This document shows positions 1-11,511 of a DNA stretch of 64,000 nucleotides, piece after piece. Each line of letters starts with the position of its first letter. Within the stretch, counting starts at the first letter, position 1. Origin of the DNA: Cyanidioschyzon merolae (lineage: Eukaryota); NCBI GenBank assembly GCA_000091205.1, contig AP006492.2; one strand, given 5' to 3'. Made by a program: the position numbers and the translations under genes. The notes beneath the pieces were generated by a model. That model was not told the DNA's origin. It saw only the letters and a program-made list of their open reading frames with translations, and made no database searches.

Positions 1-646
1 GACCACTGGCACGAACCTGTGTACCTCTTAGCATCGCTCATTTCGACCTCGAGCTGACACTCAAAAACGTGCTACATAGCCGTTTCGTCTCCTACCGCGT
101 CCGCAGCATTGATCCAGATGTCAGAGCGGGCGCGCACAACAGGCTCGGCACCTGTAGACTCGTTCGAGCAAACCATCAGCCCGATTTGAAGCCTGGTCCA
201 GGTTAAGCGGAACTTGAAGGTCTGGAGCAGACTGTAGCGCTGGTCGCCTCTCTATGCGCCAGTGAAAATCGTGTATCCCGGGCATCCCAGAGTCCGGGCA
301 TCGATCTGATACCATCGAAACGATGCGCCAAGCGGGGCAAGCCATGCGCTCGAGAACTTGCCAGGCCCTGCTTCGTGCGCAGCTGAACGATCCTCAGGCT
401 TAGGCAGCCTTTTCTACAATGGAGTGGAGCATCGCGCCATACCTGGATCTATATTCGAATCGGATTCGGATAGACTGCGGCGGGCTCCATGTTCATATAG
501 TCTTTTGCTGCAATAGAATTGAGCATCGCACCATATCTGAATACATATCCGACTTGAATCTGGATACACTACGAGACCAGCACAGTATTCCATCCAGGTT
601 CCAGACGAGCTGCCGCTGCGCCTCTGTGACTGCAGCGGCATCTGCC

Positions 647-675
647 CTGCTGCTGCTGCTGCTGCTGCTGCTCCT
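647..675. repeat. (CTG)n microsatellite
   Basis: Run of ctgctgctg... read directly from the sequence. It translates to a poly-L/poly-Q stretch in overlapping spurious ORFs. Confidence 0.8.
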
Positions 676-945
676 GTTTTCCAGGTCCAGAGGTAGGCGC
701 TGCCATTGCCAGCTTGAGCCGAGACACTTTGATCTCCCTCAGTGCGATTTCTGGGTACAAACGAATGCAACGAGCATTGCAGCTTCATTATTCTACATGG
801 CATCTGCCTAGTGAGCACGAAGCGACACGGTGCCTCATCCTGCGATATTGTGCTTGGCTTGCTCGTTGCTGCGCATCGCTGCGCCCTCATACCGTTCGAG
901 TCATGGTCCGTACAACCCATCCGATTCGGTATGCTACGCCAGTTT

Positions 946-2184
946 TTAGTGAGCGTGTTCGGGCCAGGACATGCCGATAATTTGCGGAAGCTCAGGTGCT
1001 ACGGGCGCTTTCCACTCGGTTGCTGCCTTCAAGACATGCAAAGCGTCAGCCAGCGTATCGCTTTCCGATCCCTGGCATGCATTACGTCCAACTCTCGGTA
1101 AATGTGCGGACCCAGGAGGCGTTTCTGTACAGAATTGCCTGAGGACACACGAACAGATATCCCATCGGCGACACTCCGCTGGTAGTCGCTTCCGCTCCAA
1201 TTGTTCCAGCGGTGGCTCGCGCACCTTTTTCACCACACGAAGCAGGGCCAGAAGGCGAATAAGCCAATACGATGGATCGAATTCATACCAGTAAAAGCCC
1301 TGCCGAGCACTGCCCATGAAGCTGTGGTGATTATTGTGCCACCCTTCGCCGAGCGTGATCAGCGCCAGCCACAGATTGTTGCGCGCGTTACAGTCGCCAC
1401 GGAACTCGCATATAAAACGGCGGCTTCCGTATATATGCGATAAGGAGTTGATGGTGAACGTTGCGTGCCAGAGTGCCACTGTGGAAACCAGAAAACCGTA
1501 CACAAAGGCCTGGTATCCGCCGAAGAGCCAATAGCACGCAAGGGCAAGAACCGCACCCGGAACAAGGTGCCATTTCTCCAGCCATACGAGCTCCGGATAC
1601 TGCATCAGGTCGGGTACGAGCGACGCAAGCACCTCGGTGTGCGCATCGCTGAGCAAAAACCAGCCAAAGTGGCTCCACCAGAAACCTAAGTGGACGGGTG
1701 AGTGCGCATCCTCTTCGCTATCCGCGTGCTGATGGTGGTGGCGGTGCCACGACGCCCACCATAAAACGCCTTTCTGGCAGGACGATGCCCCAAGCCAGGC
1801 CAACACAAACTGGAACGGCCGTGAAGTTTTGAATGAGCGATGTGAGAAATAGCGGTGGTACCCGACCGTGATCCCCAGCATGCGCACCAGGTAGGTCGCG
1901 AGACACAGCAGGAGTGCTCGGCTCTGAACACCAAATCCTATCTGAACCACGCCTTTCAGGGCGAAGACGTGCACAAGCGCGAAAGCCCAGAGCGCTGGTG
2001 AGGACGCAAGACGGCCGATGGAGCAGGGGCTTCGATTTCGGACCGCACGCATCCGGTGCTGCGCAAGAGCGTCTGCTGCTGTCGCTGCTCGAGGCGGTTC
2101 GACACGAGCCGACTCGTTTCCATCAGATCGTTGTTCAGCGCCCAGCAGAGAACAGTTGATCGTGCCGTCTCTAGCATCAATCAT
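946..2184 (-). CDS. Delta-9 fatty-acid desaturase (stearoyl-CoA / acyl-lipid desaturase family, DesC/SCD-like)
   Basis: 412-aa ORF carrying the three canonical histidine boxes of membrane Delta-9 desaturases: HRYFSHRSF, WHRHHHQHADSEEDAHSP and GEGWHNNHHSF. GFWWSHFGWFL and WLALITLGEGWHNNHH match cyanobacterial DesC / animal SCD. The start codon at 2184 is ATG; an alternative in-frame ATG lies near 2053 (MRAVRNRS...). There is no HPGG cytochrome-b5 fusion. The ORF runs on after the conserved core to a stop at 946, which may be a genuine C-terminal tail or an unrecognised intron. Confidence 0.85.
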   Translation of the reverse strand: MIDARDGTINCSLLGAEQRSDGNESARVEPPRAATAADALAQHRMRAVRNRSPCSIGRLASSPALWAFALVHVFALKGVVQIGFGVQSRALLLCLATYLVRMLGITVGYHRYFSHRSFKTSRPFQFVLAWLGASSCQKGVLWWASWHRHHHQHADSEEDAHSPVHLGFWWSHFGWFLLSDAHTEVLASLVPDLMQYPELVWLEKWHLVPGAVLALACYWLFGGYQAFVYGFLVSTVALWHATFTINSLSHIYGSRRFICEFRGDCNARNNLWLALITLGEGWHNNHHSFMGSARQGFYWYEFDPSYWLIRLLALLRVVKKVREPPLEQLERKRLPAECRRWDICSCVLRQFCTETPPGSAHLPRVGRNACQGSESDTLADALHVLKAATEWKAPVAPELPQIIGMSWPEHAH

Positions 2185-3203
2185 CTCCAGCGTCTTCTAC
2201 TAAACGACCTACTTGTTCGTGCTCACGCTGAAAAGCGCAGAGCCAGTACCCCACCACGAGCTGGAGGCGTTACTGGCGAAAATCGATTCGAGCGGATCGT
2301 TGCAGCGTCCATCGATTTCGCGCATGGCGATTCACAGGAAATCCTCCGCTGGGGTCAATGCGCCTGGGATGCGGCATTCCGGGATGCCGCGGTGATGCGG
2401 TGATCGGGCGCCGTAGACGGCTTGTGGATACTCAATGGCACGCATCTATGGTAAGTACAGAAAAGGTAATAATAGGTAATTATCGACCTAAACGTACAGT
2501 CGCTCTGTCATCATGGATCGATGCGTGCATGCTTGGTGATCCCGTAGCTCTGAACGCACGCGACAGAGCTACGGGATTTTAGGGCATTGGCGTCTTAGCG
2601 CCGCGCTACGTCTACCTAAACGACCTAACAGTCCACTTCATGTTGAAAACAAATAAATTTGGGGTGCTTGGGAGTTGAGGCGGCTCGTCGACGCAGGCCG
2701 CGCGAACGTCCCAAACACGCTTGTTTGGAACGGGTCTCTATCCGAGTAGAGTTGCGTGCCCCAGGGTACGCCCGAGTTCGCTGAACAGGCGTACCGTAAT
2801 GCGAACACGCTTCTAGTCTGCCAGGGCTGGGATACCAGCGGGCGCTTCAGCTCCGTCCGGCTGGAACAGCGAGCGTCTCGTGACTCGCATCGACGCCGGC
2901 GTTGTCCGCGCCAGCACCCGCGTAGACAGCCACGTCGAAGCTGCAACTGAAAGTGGTGTCTCTGTCCGTTACGCCTATGCGCAGGGCGAAGCCTGAATAT
3001 ACGAAGAACCACCCGAAACTTGACGAGAGTCACAAGAAGCTCAAGACGAGAGCATCATACCCTCTCCGTCGAGCTGCTCCTGGTGGTGAAACCGCGGTCC
3101 ATGCGAACGTCACAAACCAAGCATCAGCTCCAAATGGATGCAGTTTATCTAGTAAACTTCGAGATACTGTTCCCAACTCGTACAAGTCGTAACGAGCCCG
3201 TCA

Positions 3204-5726
3204 CTAGTAGGAGACATCCACGAGGCCGATGTGCCAGTAACCGTCGCGACTGAGGCGCCAGTTCGGAAACCCGCCACCACTTCCCCCGGGAGCACGATCC
3301 AGTATCCAGCCACATTCCATGCGCAAAGCGCCGAGCACACGCAACCCTAGTCCGACACTGATAACGCCGGACGCTGTGCTAGACCGCTGAATGGAGCCGG
3401 CGCTAGCTGGGGCATCAACGCCCGAGCTGGTGCTCTCAGCTGAGGCCGAATCCACAACGGTGCCGAGGCGGTGTCCGTGAGCGCCTCGACGGAACAACTT
3501 TGGAAAACGCACGAGATGCGAAGGTGGCTGAATCTCGGATCCCCAGTCCGTGAACGCCACAAACACGAGGCGCTTGTCGAGCGGGTATCGAAACTCTGCG
3601 CAGGTTCTCGCAAACGAGCCTACCTGTCCGAGTGATCCCTCACGCATCCCGCGAACGGTGGCTAATCCTCCGAAGGGATAACGCTCGGACTCGGGCAACG
3701 ATGCACTCGAAACACGTGCTTCAGCCAACAAAGCAACGCAGGCGCGGGCAGGCTGCTCTTCGTCTTGTTCTTGATTCTGGTGTGATGTTTCGGGTTGCTC
3801 GGTTTGTTTCCGACGACGACGCCGCAGGAGACCGCGAATAGGTGGTATTTTCTTGTACACACTGCCGGTGAAGCCAAAACGCGAATATTCTGGATTACTC
3901 GTTGTCACTGGAACCGCGTAGGCCGCATGCAGTGCAAGACGGTAGCCAGCTTGCGGATGGAGCGGATCCGATCGGGTATCACGGATAGCGCTGCTGTTCA
4001 GAACCAGGTGCGTGAAAGAGCGCTCTCGTGCGGTGGACGCTTCAGTCGTCGATTCATCGCGATTCCGTCTCGCTGACGCACCGTCTGCGGAAGCAGGAAG
4101 CGATGAGGACGCTGTCTGACCCGGATTCATTCCCGATGGAAACATTCGAACTTGCTCGCAGAGTACCCCTGTCTGGATATTCCATAGCTGCAGGGTCCGC
4201 TCCATGACGCTTCGCCAGGCAGCTGGTCGCAGCCAGGTTCGCGACGAGCGCCGAGCCTCATCTGTGGGTGCCGACCACAGCTGGGGCGCCATCAACGTAA
4301 CCTCTACCCCGCGACGACTTCCTACCGCCGTACTTCGTGATTCGAAGAGACGCACCTGGTAGCCGCCGGCCTTGGAACCTAGACGTGGATTCTGTAAGAC
4401 GATATGGGCTGCGTCATCGGATCGATCAGGCTTGGATCGGATATCTGCTTGAAAGCGAATCCCTCGGCCAGCGACATTTGCATCCTCCAAGGTTAGGTCT
4501 CCATAGAGCTTACCGCGGGAAAGCGTTATGCCGGGTTCGAAACGATGGAAAGGTCGTTCTCGCACGCGCAAGGTCAGTTCAACGTCACCTATTTCCGCAC
4601 AGCGTTCTGCTTGTGCGACTTGGCCTTCTGCTGCTGGCGAGTCGTGTGGCGTCACGGCGTCAATGACACGTACATCCGCTGTCACGGACTCGAACAGGCC
4701 CAACTGCTGCAGCCGCTGAAAGTGTTGTTCTGTCCAGCGGAACGGGACTTTGCGTGGACATGCCTTTTGCGCCGAACGCGACTTGCGCGAATGTCTCTGG
4801 TGGTCTGGCATTTCCTTCTCAACACCGAGTCCGTCATAGCCCAGGGCCCGGGCAATGACGCTGGCATGCGTCCGACCTGAGCACGGCTCCTGGTTGGCAT
4901 CCACGTATTCCACGAGGACTCTAGCGACGAGCGGCTCGTACGCCTCGAGGACCAGGATACCATCCTTGATAGGCGTATCGGGTGCTCTTCGTACAAGCGC
5001 AAGCGGGTATCCATGCTCGCCATAAAAAGCGTTCAAACTGTCGATTGAACGGCGAATGGCGGTGTAGTCAATGGACGCGTCAGCATTCTGATTAGCCTGA
5101 AGGATTCGATTCACCGCCTGCTCTAGGCGGTCACGTGGTAGCAGCAGACGATCAACGGGTCCACGGAGCACAACCTGGCGAAGTGGGCCTTTCGTCTGAT
5201 CGTTCGGATGTTCCGCGTAGATTTCGGCGGCTTCTTCTTCTGTAGCTGCAGTTGGGACGCTAAGCGCGAGAGCAGTCGGAGCACGCAGCCACACCTGTAC
5301 GGTGTGCCAGCATAGCGTCAGCCACAGCAGAAAACTTCCCCGATTGGGCAAGTCAGGAAAGCCACCAGCCACACCGTCGACGTAGGAGTTGCCTCCTCGG
5401 CCGCCACCGCCACGGAGAGTGCGGTCACCGATCGAACCGCACCAGGACCGTTTCACTCCAGGCTTGGTGGTGTTTCGGTGTCGCTTTCGACGAGAGCGTG
5501 CCATCGAGTCGAGCATTTGACTTTGCCACGAGCAGGTCAAAGGTTCTCCACGCTTCGATAACCACGTGGTGCTGCGGTGCCAGCGCTGCCCGGTACGATC
5601 CGCAGGAAACTGTTTCCTTGGTGCGTTCCGTCTTCGCTCGCGTGATGCAATAGATCGCGTACAGATTTTGAGAGCGTGAGCCCCTACACGAAGCGGATCA
5701 CCCGCCAGGAACCCCAGAACACACAT
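3204..5726 (-). CDS. Omp85-family outer-membrane beta-barrel protein (Toc75/OEP80-like or Sam50-like)
   Basis: The C-terminal part has the Omp85 barrel signature RYPFGGLATVRGMREGSLGQ...FRYPLDKRLVFVAFTDWGS and a terminal SVGLGLRV...DGYWHIGLVDVSY. Upstream is a POTRA-like segment (LRQVVLRGP...LEQAVNRIL...IDSLNAFYGEHGYPLALV...ILVLEAYEPLVARVLVEYVDANQ). The N-terminal extension contains a poly-Gly run (RTLRGGGGRGGNSYVDGVAGG) reminiscent of Toc75 targeting sequences. The ORF-track start at 5747 is GTG; the first ATG is at 5726. The true start may lie further downstream. Confidence 0.7.
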   Translation of the reverse strand: MCVLGFLAGDPLRVGAHALKICTRSIASRERRRNAPRKQFPADRTGQRWHRSTTWLSKRGEPLTCSWQSQMLDSMARSRRKRHRNTTKPGVKRSWCGSIGDRTLRGGGGRGGNSYVDGVAGGFPDLPNRGSFLLWLTLCWHTVQVWLRAPTALALSVPTAATEEEAAEIYAEHPNDQTKGPLRQVVLRGPVDRLLLPRDRLEQAVNRILQANQNADASIDYTAIRRSIDSLNAFYGEHGYPLALVRRAPDTPIKDGILVLEAYEPLVARVLVEYVDANQEPCSGRTHASVIARALGYDGLGVEKEMPDHQRHSRKSRSAQKACPRKVPFRWTEQHFQRLQQLGLFESVTADVRVIDAVTPHDSPAAEGQVAQAERCAEIGDVELTLRVRERPFHRFEPGITLSRGKLYGDLTLEDANVAGRGIRFQADIRSKPDRSDDAAHIVLQNPRLGSKAGGYQVRLFESRSTAVGSRRGVEVTLMAPQLWSAPTDEARRSSRTWLRPAAWRSVMERTLQLWNIQTGVLCEQVRMFPSGMNPGQTASSSLPASADGASARRNRDESTTEASTARERSFTHLVLNSSAIRDTRSDPLHPQAGYRLALHAAYAVPVTTSNPEYSRFGFTGSVYKKIPPIRGLLRRRRRKQTEQPETSHQNQEQDEEQPARACVALLAEARVSSASLPESERYPFGGLATVRGMREGSLGQVGSFARTCAEFRYPLDKRLVFVAFTDWGSEIQPPSHLVRFPKLFRRGAHGHRLGTVVDSASAESTSSGVDAPASAGSIQRSSTASGVISVGLGLRVLGALRMECGWILDRAPGGSGGGFPNWRLSRDGYWHIGLVDVSY

Positions 5727-6070
5727 AGCCCTACGACCCAGTCGCACGAGAACAACACATATCCTCAGCGATACAATGCTTCAGGGCGCGTGCGGCGCCT
5801 TGGCTGGCACAGCTGCTCGGTGTACTTGTCCTCTGAGACTGGTGAGACGTGCTGTTCCTCGACGTCGTTGGCGGTACGGGTCTCATGTTTGGGCTTTTCG
5901 TATAGCTTAGGGGAATTTCATGCGTATTGAGGGATTGAATAGTCCATTTTGCATAGAAGAGTGATCGGAAATCATCCCAAAAATGTCCAGGGTCATGTAG
6001 AGTAGCGGATCGTCGTGATCGTTCACCAAGGGTGCAGGAGAAACTTTCAAGCCATTTCTATACGGTGCTT

Positions 6071-6808
6071 CAGACGTTCTGGATTGATGGATCGTACCAT
6101 ACGATTGCCTTGATCCAGATGGGAATGCGAGACCGCCTCTCTTCTGGTCGCTGATATTGTTTCATCGAAAGTCTTCAGCGTTTCAGGACGAAGCGAATAC
6201 TGAAATTCAACGATTTCCTGGAGCGTTCTCTCGATGCAAAGGCGATGCAAGTTTCCACGGCGCGATACATAACCCGGATGTCGATTGACGCTTTGATTTC
6301 CTGGTTCGGAAAGCGGTTACCCGCATTATGGCTGCTGGGATCATTCCACAAAGTGCTTCTCAATATCGAGTGCCTTTCCATATGACGATCGGTTAGCGTA
6401 CCATGCAATATCGCGTGCTTCCGATGCTGTCTCATGCGCTGCTGCTCTACAAGCTTCAACTCGTACGAGTGCTCGTGATGCTAATATGTTGTCCTGAACG
6501 TATCGAATAACATCGATTCCAGCATTCGTTGTACGCTCTTTTCGAAAGAGCAGCAGTGCAGCTCCTGTCGGCTATAGCACTGTTTGCGCTATAACCTGCT
6601 TCGAAACGAGCCGACCTATCGGTCGTTTCCTTTTCCAACTCATTGAGACAGTTGGTGAAGGCGAGTTTCTTGCCTTTGTATTCCCGAAATTGTTGCTGAC
6701 TGCCCAGCGCGTTCTCATGTACTCTCTGAGAGAAGCATTCAAAGCATCAGACTCTGCTCAATACGGCGCTCAGGGTGTCGAGACGGGCTCTGACGCTGTC
6801 GTTCCACT
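6071..6808 (-). repeat. Dispersed repeat IR1, copy A (738 bp), inverted near-identical partner at 57110..57847
   Basis: The reverse complement of 6071..6808 matches 57110..57847 over the whole length with only a handful of mismatches. The encoded short ORFs differ by about 3 aa in total: ISITSTRTS vs ISIKSTRTS, AGNRF vs AGKRF, SRERSRK vs SSELSRK. Boundaries were read from where the flanking sequences diverge: agtggaacgacagcg...ccagaacgtctg. Confidence 0.85.
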
Positions 6809-8639
6809 AGTTGGTGTGCCCCGTGGCCTTTATCATGCTCGAATCCGGACAAAACAGCGCTCTCGAAAAACACAGGTCACATTGCATCCTGTGTCCCGAA
6901 AATCATTTATGTTGTCGCATGGGGTTTTTATCGAAAAGTTCCAGACGTTTGTGGACAGCTGATAGACCAGGGTCCGCAAATATTGCGAATCGTTGCATGT
7001 CGAGGTGCATCAAGGTGCGAGAAACCCGGTGAGACTTTCTCGAGTTCGAAGCTCTGCGACCTCTCAAGGCGTGCTAAATCTTTTTGCTGTCACAAATGCG
7101 AACGACTAGCCTATGGACACGGTAGCGTCACACTTGCGTTTGCCAACAGAGATGACGCTTTCGACTGGATTCAGCCAGAGAGAATAACTCGGCAAGAAGA
7201 GCAGCGCAACGCCATTCGCAGTTGCGTGCTCCTCGACCGCTGCCGAGTGATGGACAACGACGTTGTCTAACACCAGGACAGAAGCGTGCAGGATGGAGAC
7301 GCCATAAAGTGCTTCGACGAAGGATGAGGTGTTGAAGGACTCTGTCTGATCGGCGATTTCCAAGCGACCGAACGACTGAATCACTGCTCGGAGTGGTGTG
7401 TTCCGAGCGGTCGTTCGTCTCCTCTTGACGAATCGCCATATACCCACTTTAAGTAATATAATGCAGGTCTACCATTGCTCCAGAATAAAGTCTCATCGAG
7501 CGAGACGAGCACCGCTGTTGTACGCGCTTGCGTTTCAGTACCAAATGAAAAATGTGTTGTTCTATGCGCGAAAGGCTCACACAGAACTCGTCATTTTTCT
7601 CTGTGTATTCCGTGTCTAATCATCCTTGCTGGCGTTGACGGTATGGTAATCTCAAATCTTGTGGCCTCTTTGATGGGATATCTTGCAGAATTCACAGAAT
7701 GGAATCAATCGACGAGAAGAGATTCCCCCCGACAGAGATTCATAAGATTTGTTCTGTTTGTACGACATTAAGGATGAGGACCACAAGAACGGCTGTTTAT
7801 ACACCAGCTAATCATAAAATAACAGACTCGTCCAATTCATTTTCTGAAGCTGGCGATGAAGGCTTCAAGTTCTTTCGCGGGCATGTACCAATCTTCCAGC
7901 TGCGTTCTGTCTGTTGAATACCTGCAAGAACAACGAACAAGAATAAAAACACGATGCTGGAATAAGTATTCTAGAATGCACAGCTCCAAGTTCGACGCCC
8001 AGAAAAACAAAACTTTTGCGTGCAGATAGCTCGGTTTCACACGCTGCACGCTGCGTCCGGGCCCCGGAACAGAGCAGCTTGTCGTGTTGTGCACAGCAGT
8101 TGCGGTATGGGTTGCTGGATGTTGAACTCTGCGGCTGGAGCGCACGACCGCGGGACGTTAGCCTCTGCGATGCTGCGTCTAGACCCAGAGCGCGGGCATT
8201 GCTTGACAAGTGCGAGGCGGTGGGACCACGAACTGGAAAAATTCTCGAATACTGCTGTGCGGTAGCGTGTGTGGACGCGCAGGCCAGGAGGTTCTTCTCG
8301 ACCGGCGGCCAGCGCGTCGACGCTTATCGCAGCACCGAGCCCGAATGACGAGATGAATCCCTGTTCTCGTTGACACTCGGAGCTCTCGGTCGGCAAGGTT
8401 GTTTACCGTTGAGCTAGAGCAGCGCAGAAGCGTCTCTCGGGATGACGCCCTGTTTGCAGCACGGCTGCCAGGAACGTAATGGCGGGATACTTTACACCGT
8501 ATCCGGGTGTCACCTAGGTCAACGGATGACGGTATCAGCGGCGATCGTATCGCAAGGCGAAAACTCAGTAGCCTCTACAGCGATATTCTCAGTGAAACAG
8601 AAAATGACCCACGGCCACGGAGTATGAGTATTTATACCC

Positions 8640-9640
8640 ACCTGCAGACGTCTCCCAGTCTTTGTCGACCGGCCGCCTGCCATCGGCTTCAGTTTCTCTT
8701 TGTACACTTCGAACATGGGAGGCTATCCCAGGAATTTGAATGGTGTCAGCTCCCAGGGTCCCGTCTTCAGCACCGCACATCGTCTGGTATGGATGGCGGC
8801 ATCCAAGTCTCGATTCACGAAGTCCATGCGTCTACTGACATTGGTGGAGCTCATCAGTGCAAAGAGTCCACGAACTCGGGCCCTCTGTGCCATTTGGTGC
8901 AGTGCCAGCTCTCCGTGTTTTTCTCTTGCCGAAGCGCTCGGCTGCGCTCTCTCCATCTCGACCTTCTGTAATGGACACCCCAGCGCATCCATTAGATTCC
9001 CTACTTTTGAAAATGAATGCACTTGTTTATGCGCTTAGATGAGGAACCTCCCAGAGCGAGACGGCCTCGTACAAGAGAGGCGACATGTGCCTGGGTGTCA
9101 TCATGTGCTGAACGCTTCAGCGATTCGCTCAGTGCAGCGATCACTACTTTTCAGGATACAAAAATACTCCTTCGGCATGCTTGAACCACGAAGAGAAAGG
9201 AGGAATGAAAAGCATCTTTACCCCCATGGCATTTGCAAAGGCTCGAACGCGAGTAGAATGGTGGACTGCCACGTTGTCGAACACAGGAACGTCGCCAAGC
9301 GTCAGGGAAAGGTCTTCGATGATTCGACCGAGTGCTTGGTGCTGTTATATGAGCCTTCTCTACGAGCGAAGCTGAGGGCGCCGAATGAATCCAATGCACT
9401 TAGAACAGATGATGATATCATCGTTCTCTTCGGCTTCGATTTTACATACTACGTGCTCCCTGTTCCCCGAATACCCAAATACGCTCCGACCGTTTCGTCC
9501 GAGGCGATTCTGAATATCTGAAAAAAAGACGGACATGCCTAAGTTTTATAACGATCGCAAAGATCCAGAAATGCTGTAAGAGTTGCGATTTCGGTGGCAG
9601 ATGTATATGCTTGGACTAGGACTTTTTATTGCGACTGAAT
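8640..9640 (+). repeat. Dispersed repeat R2, copy A (about 1 kb), diverged partner at 55998..56845
   Basis: Nucleotide and ORF-level similarity to 55998..56845 in the same orientation. Examples: SMRLLTLVELISAKSPRTRALCAIWC vs SMRLLLLMELTVSRNPRTRALCAVCC, and on the other strand AQRARVRGLFALMSSTNVSRRMDFVNR vs the copy-B equivalent. The conserved blocks catccattag..ttttgaaaatgaatgcactt and ttgcgactgaatc are present in both copies. Coding potential is broken by frameshifts. Confidence 0.6.
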
Positions 9641-10593
9641 CGCAGTGTTTTCAGCACTTTGCCAATAAGCTGTTGAGTGACAGAGACACACCTAGTTGCT
9701 ACTATCGTAGCTTTTGCTTTCTCTAAAGTGATCAATGGATCGTTTTCTACCATTGCCCGCAAACAAGCTTTGAGAATATCGGTTTCTGGCGCGGAGCGCC
9801 TCTACTCGTTTCTTTCAGTCTTCCTCAATCATCTGAGCATTGTACCATGTCTGGCCTTACTGAGGAATGCAGTCCTCGTTGCGCTGTTCAGTAAAGTATA
9901 TATATCCTCCAGGCAATTCGTCATCTATCTACACGGCACATTGCGTATTTTCTTCGATCTGCAGTTACTCTCCGCATCGGGGGTAAACCGAAAATCGAGA
10001 TGAAACGCAATCAGGGCGTGCATCGGCAGTCCATGGAAGTATTCCTGCAGTGCTCATCATAGAGTGCTGTCAGGAACCGTTTCCAGATCGCCTGGACAAC
10101 TTCAAAGCATCCCATAACTTGAAATGGTCATGCAGGTAGACGCTCTTGTGGTATCGTGCTTCCTTTCAAGTACGATCCCAGCGTAAGGGTCCCCAGACAC
10201 GAGCGCGACATGAAACGCGATCAATTCTGCCCCAAGTTTTGAAACCTAAAACCCGTGCATACCGAGTCCATGCCTCGTGTGTTGTGAAACACGAGTCCCT
10301 GAATGCTGAGCGTCGTTTCTGGACCCGCTGGCATGCCGGCTGGCGAACGACGCAACAAGGTACTCGACGGCGTCTTGGAGCCAGTGAAAAGGACACAGCG
10401 ACTTGCACGCGAAACCGGCATCGATTGAGGCCAGATACAGCTATCTTGGGGGTGGCAGGGTGTCGGTCCTCGTCACGCAACCGGCGTCGAGAGTCCAACA
10501 ATAAACGCTTTAGCGGAGACTGAAACTGTGCCCTCGGGGAGTTGTTTGTACCCAATCGGTTGGAACTCGAAAAACCAGGCGGTTGGTTTGATC

Positions 10594-11511
10594 ATGCAGC
10601 GCGTGCGCCTGCTCTGGCCGCTCGTTCGGCGAGTTCATCAACGAGAGGCCCAGCTCGCCTCGTTACGAGCTCTGCACCGAATGCAGCCTGAGGCCTTACG
10701 TCAGGTGCGGTCCCTAACCTCGCTGGGCCAGCTTGGACACCAAAAGATGAAAGGTTCCGCTCGCAGGGACTCGATAGCGGGACTCTGGAAAGGTCCACTC
10801 CGGAGTGTGCTGCAGCGGCGGACGCTTTTCATTCAAACCGCTGCTACCCCGAACCCAAACTCTGTAAAGTTTTTACCTGGATCCGTTGTGATAGAAAACG
10901 AGGGGACCTATGACTTTCCCACGCCGCAAGCAGCGAGAGCCTCACCCCTTGCGGATAAACTCTTCCAAATTGACGGCGTCGTGGGGGTCATGTTTGGACC
11001 GGACTTTATCACGGTCACGAAGCGTGAGGACATTGAATGGAACGTTCTCAGACCCGAGATCTTCTCGGTCATTATGGATTTCTACATGTCTGGACAGCCG
11101 CTGTTCATGGATGCCTCAACGGGAAGCGCGGACGCGCCGGGTCTCAACGAGGATACACGGATCCTTGACGCGGATCCTGAACATGTAGCCATGATCAAAG
11201 AACTCATCGAGACGAGAATTCGACCTGCAGTCGCTGAAGATGGTGGTAGCGTTTTGTACCGCGGCTTTGAGGAAGCAACGGGTACCGTCCTCCTCGAGCT
11301 ACAGGGAGCATGCTCGAGCTGTGCCAGCAGCAGCGTGACACTGAAAAATGGAGTCGAAAACATGCTTCGGCACTACGTGCCTGAAGTGAAAGCCGTACGA
11401 GAAGTGAAGAATGCGGAACGCGAAATGATGGAGGCCGAAAGCAATCGAATGCTCCACGAACTGGAGCGTCGGTTTGCCCAGCAGCATGATGCGACGCCCG
11501 CCAAACGCTGA
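10594..11511 (+). CDS. NFU1: NFU1-type iron-sulfur cluster scaffold protein (Nfu N-domain plus NifU C-terminal domain), mitochondrial-type
   Basis: Nfu_N-like region (VKFLPGSVVIENEGTYDFPTPQAA...IDGVVGVMFGPDFITVTKRE...WNVLRPEIFSVIMDFYMSGQPLF) followed by the NifU-C motif IRPAVAEDGGSVLYRGFEEATGTVLLELQGACSSCASSSVTLKNGVENMLRHYVPEV. The track start at 10528 is GTG; the first ATG is at 10594 (MQRVRLLWPLVRRV..., a presequence-like R-rich N-terminus). Confidence 0.85.
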   Translation: MQRVRLLWPLVRRVHQREAQLASLRALHRMQPEALRQVRSLTSLGQLGHQKMKGSARRDSIAGLWKGPLRSVLQRRTLFIQTAATPNPNSVKFLPGSVVIENEGTYDFPTPQAARASPLADKLFQIDGVVGVMFGPDFITVTKREDIEWNVLRPEIFSVIMDFYMSGQPLFMDASTGSADAPGLNEDTRILDADPEHVAMIKELIETRIRPAVAEDGGSVLYRGFEEATGTVLLELQGACSSCASSSVTLKNGVENMLRHYVPEVKAVREVKNAEREMMEAESNRMLHELERRFAQQHDATPAKR

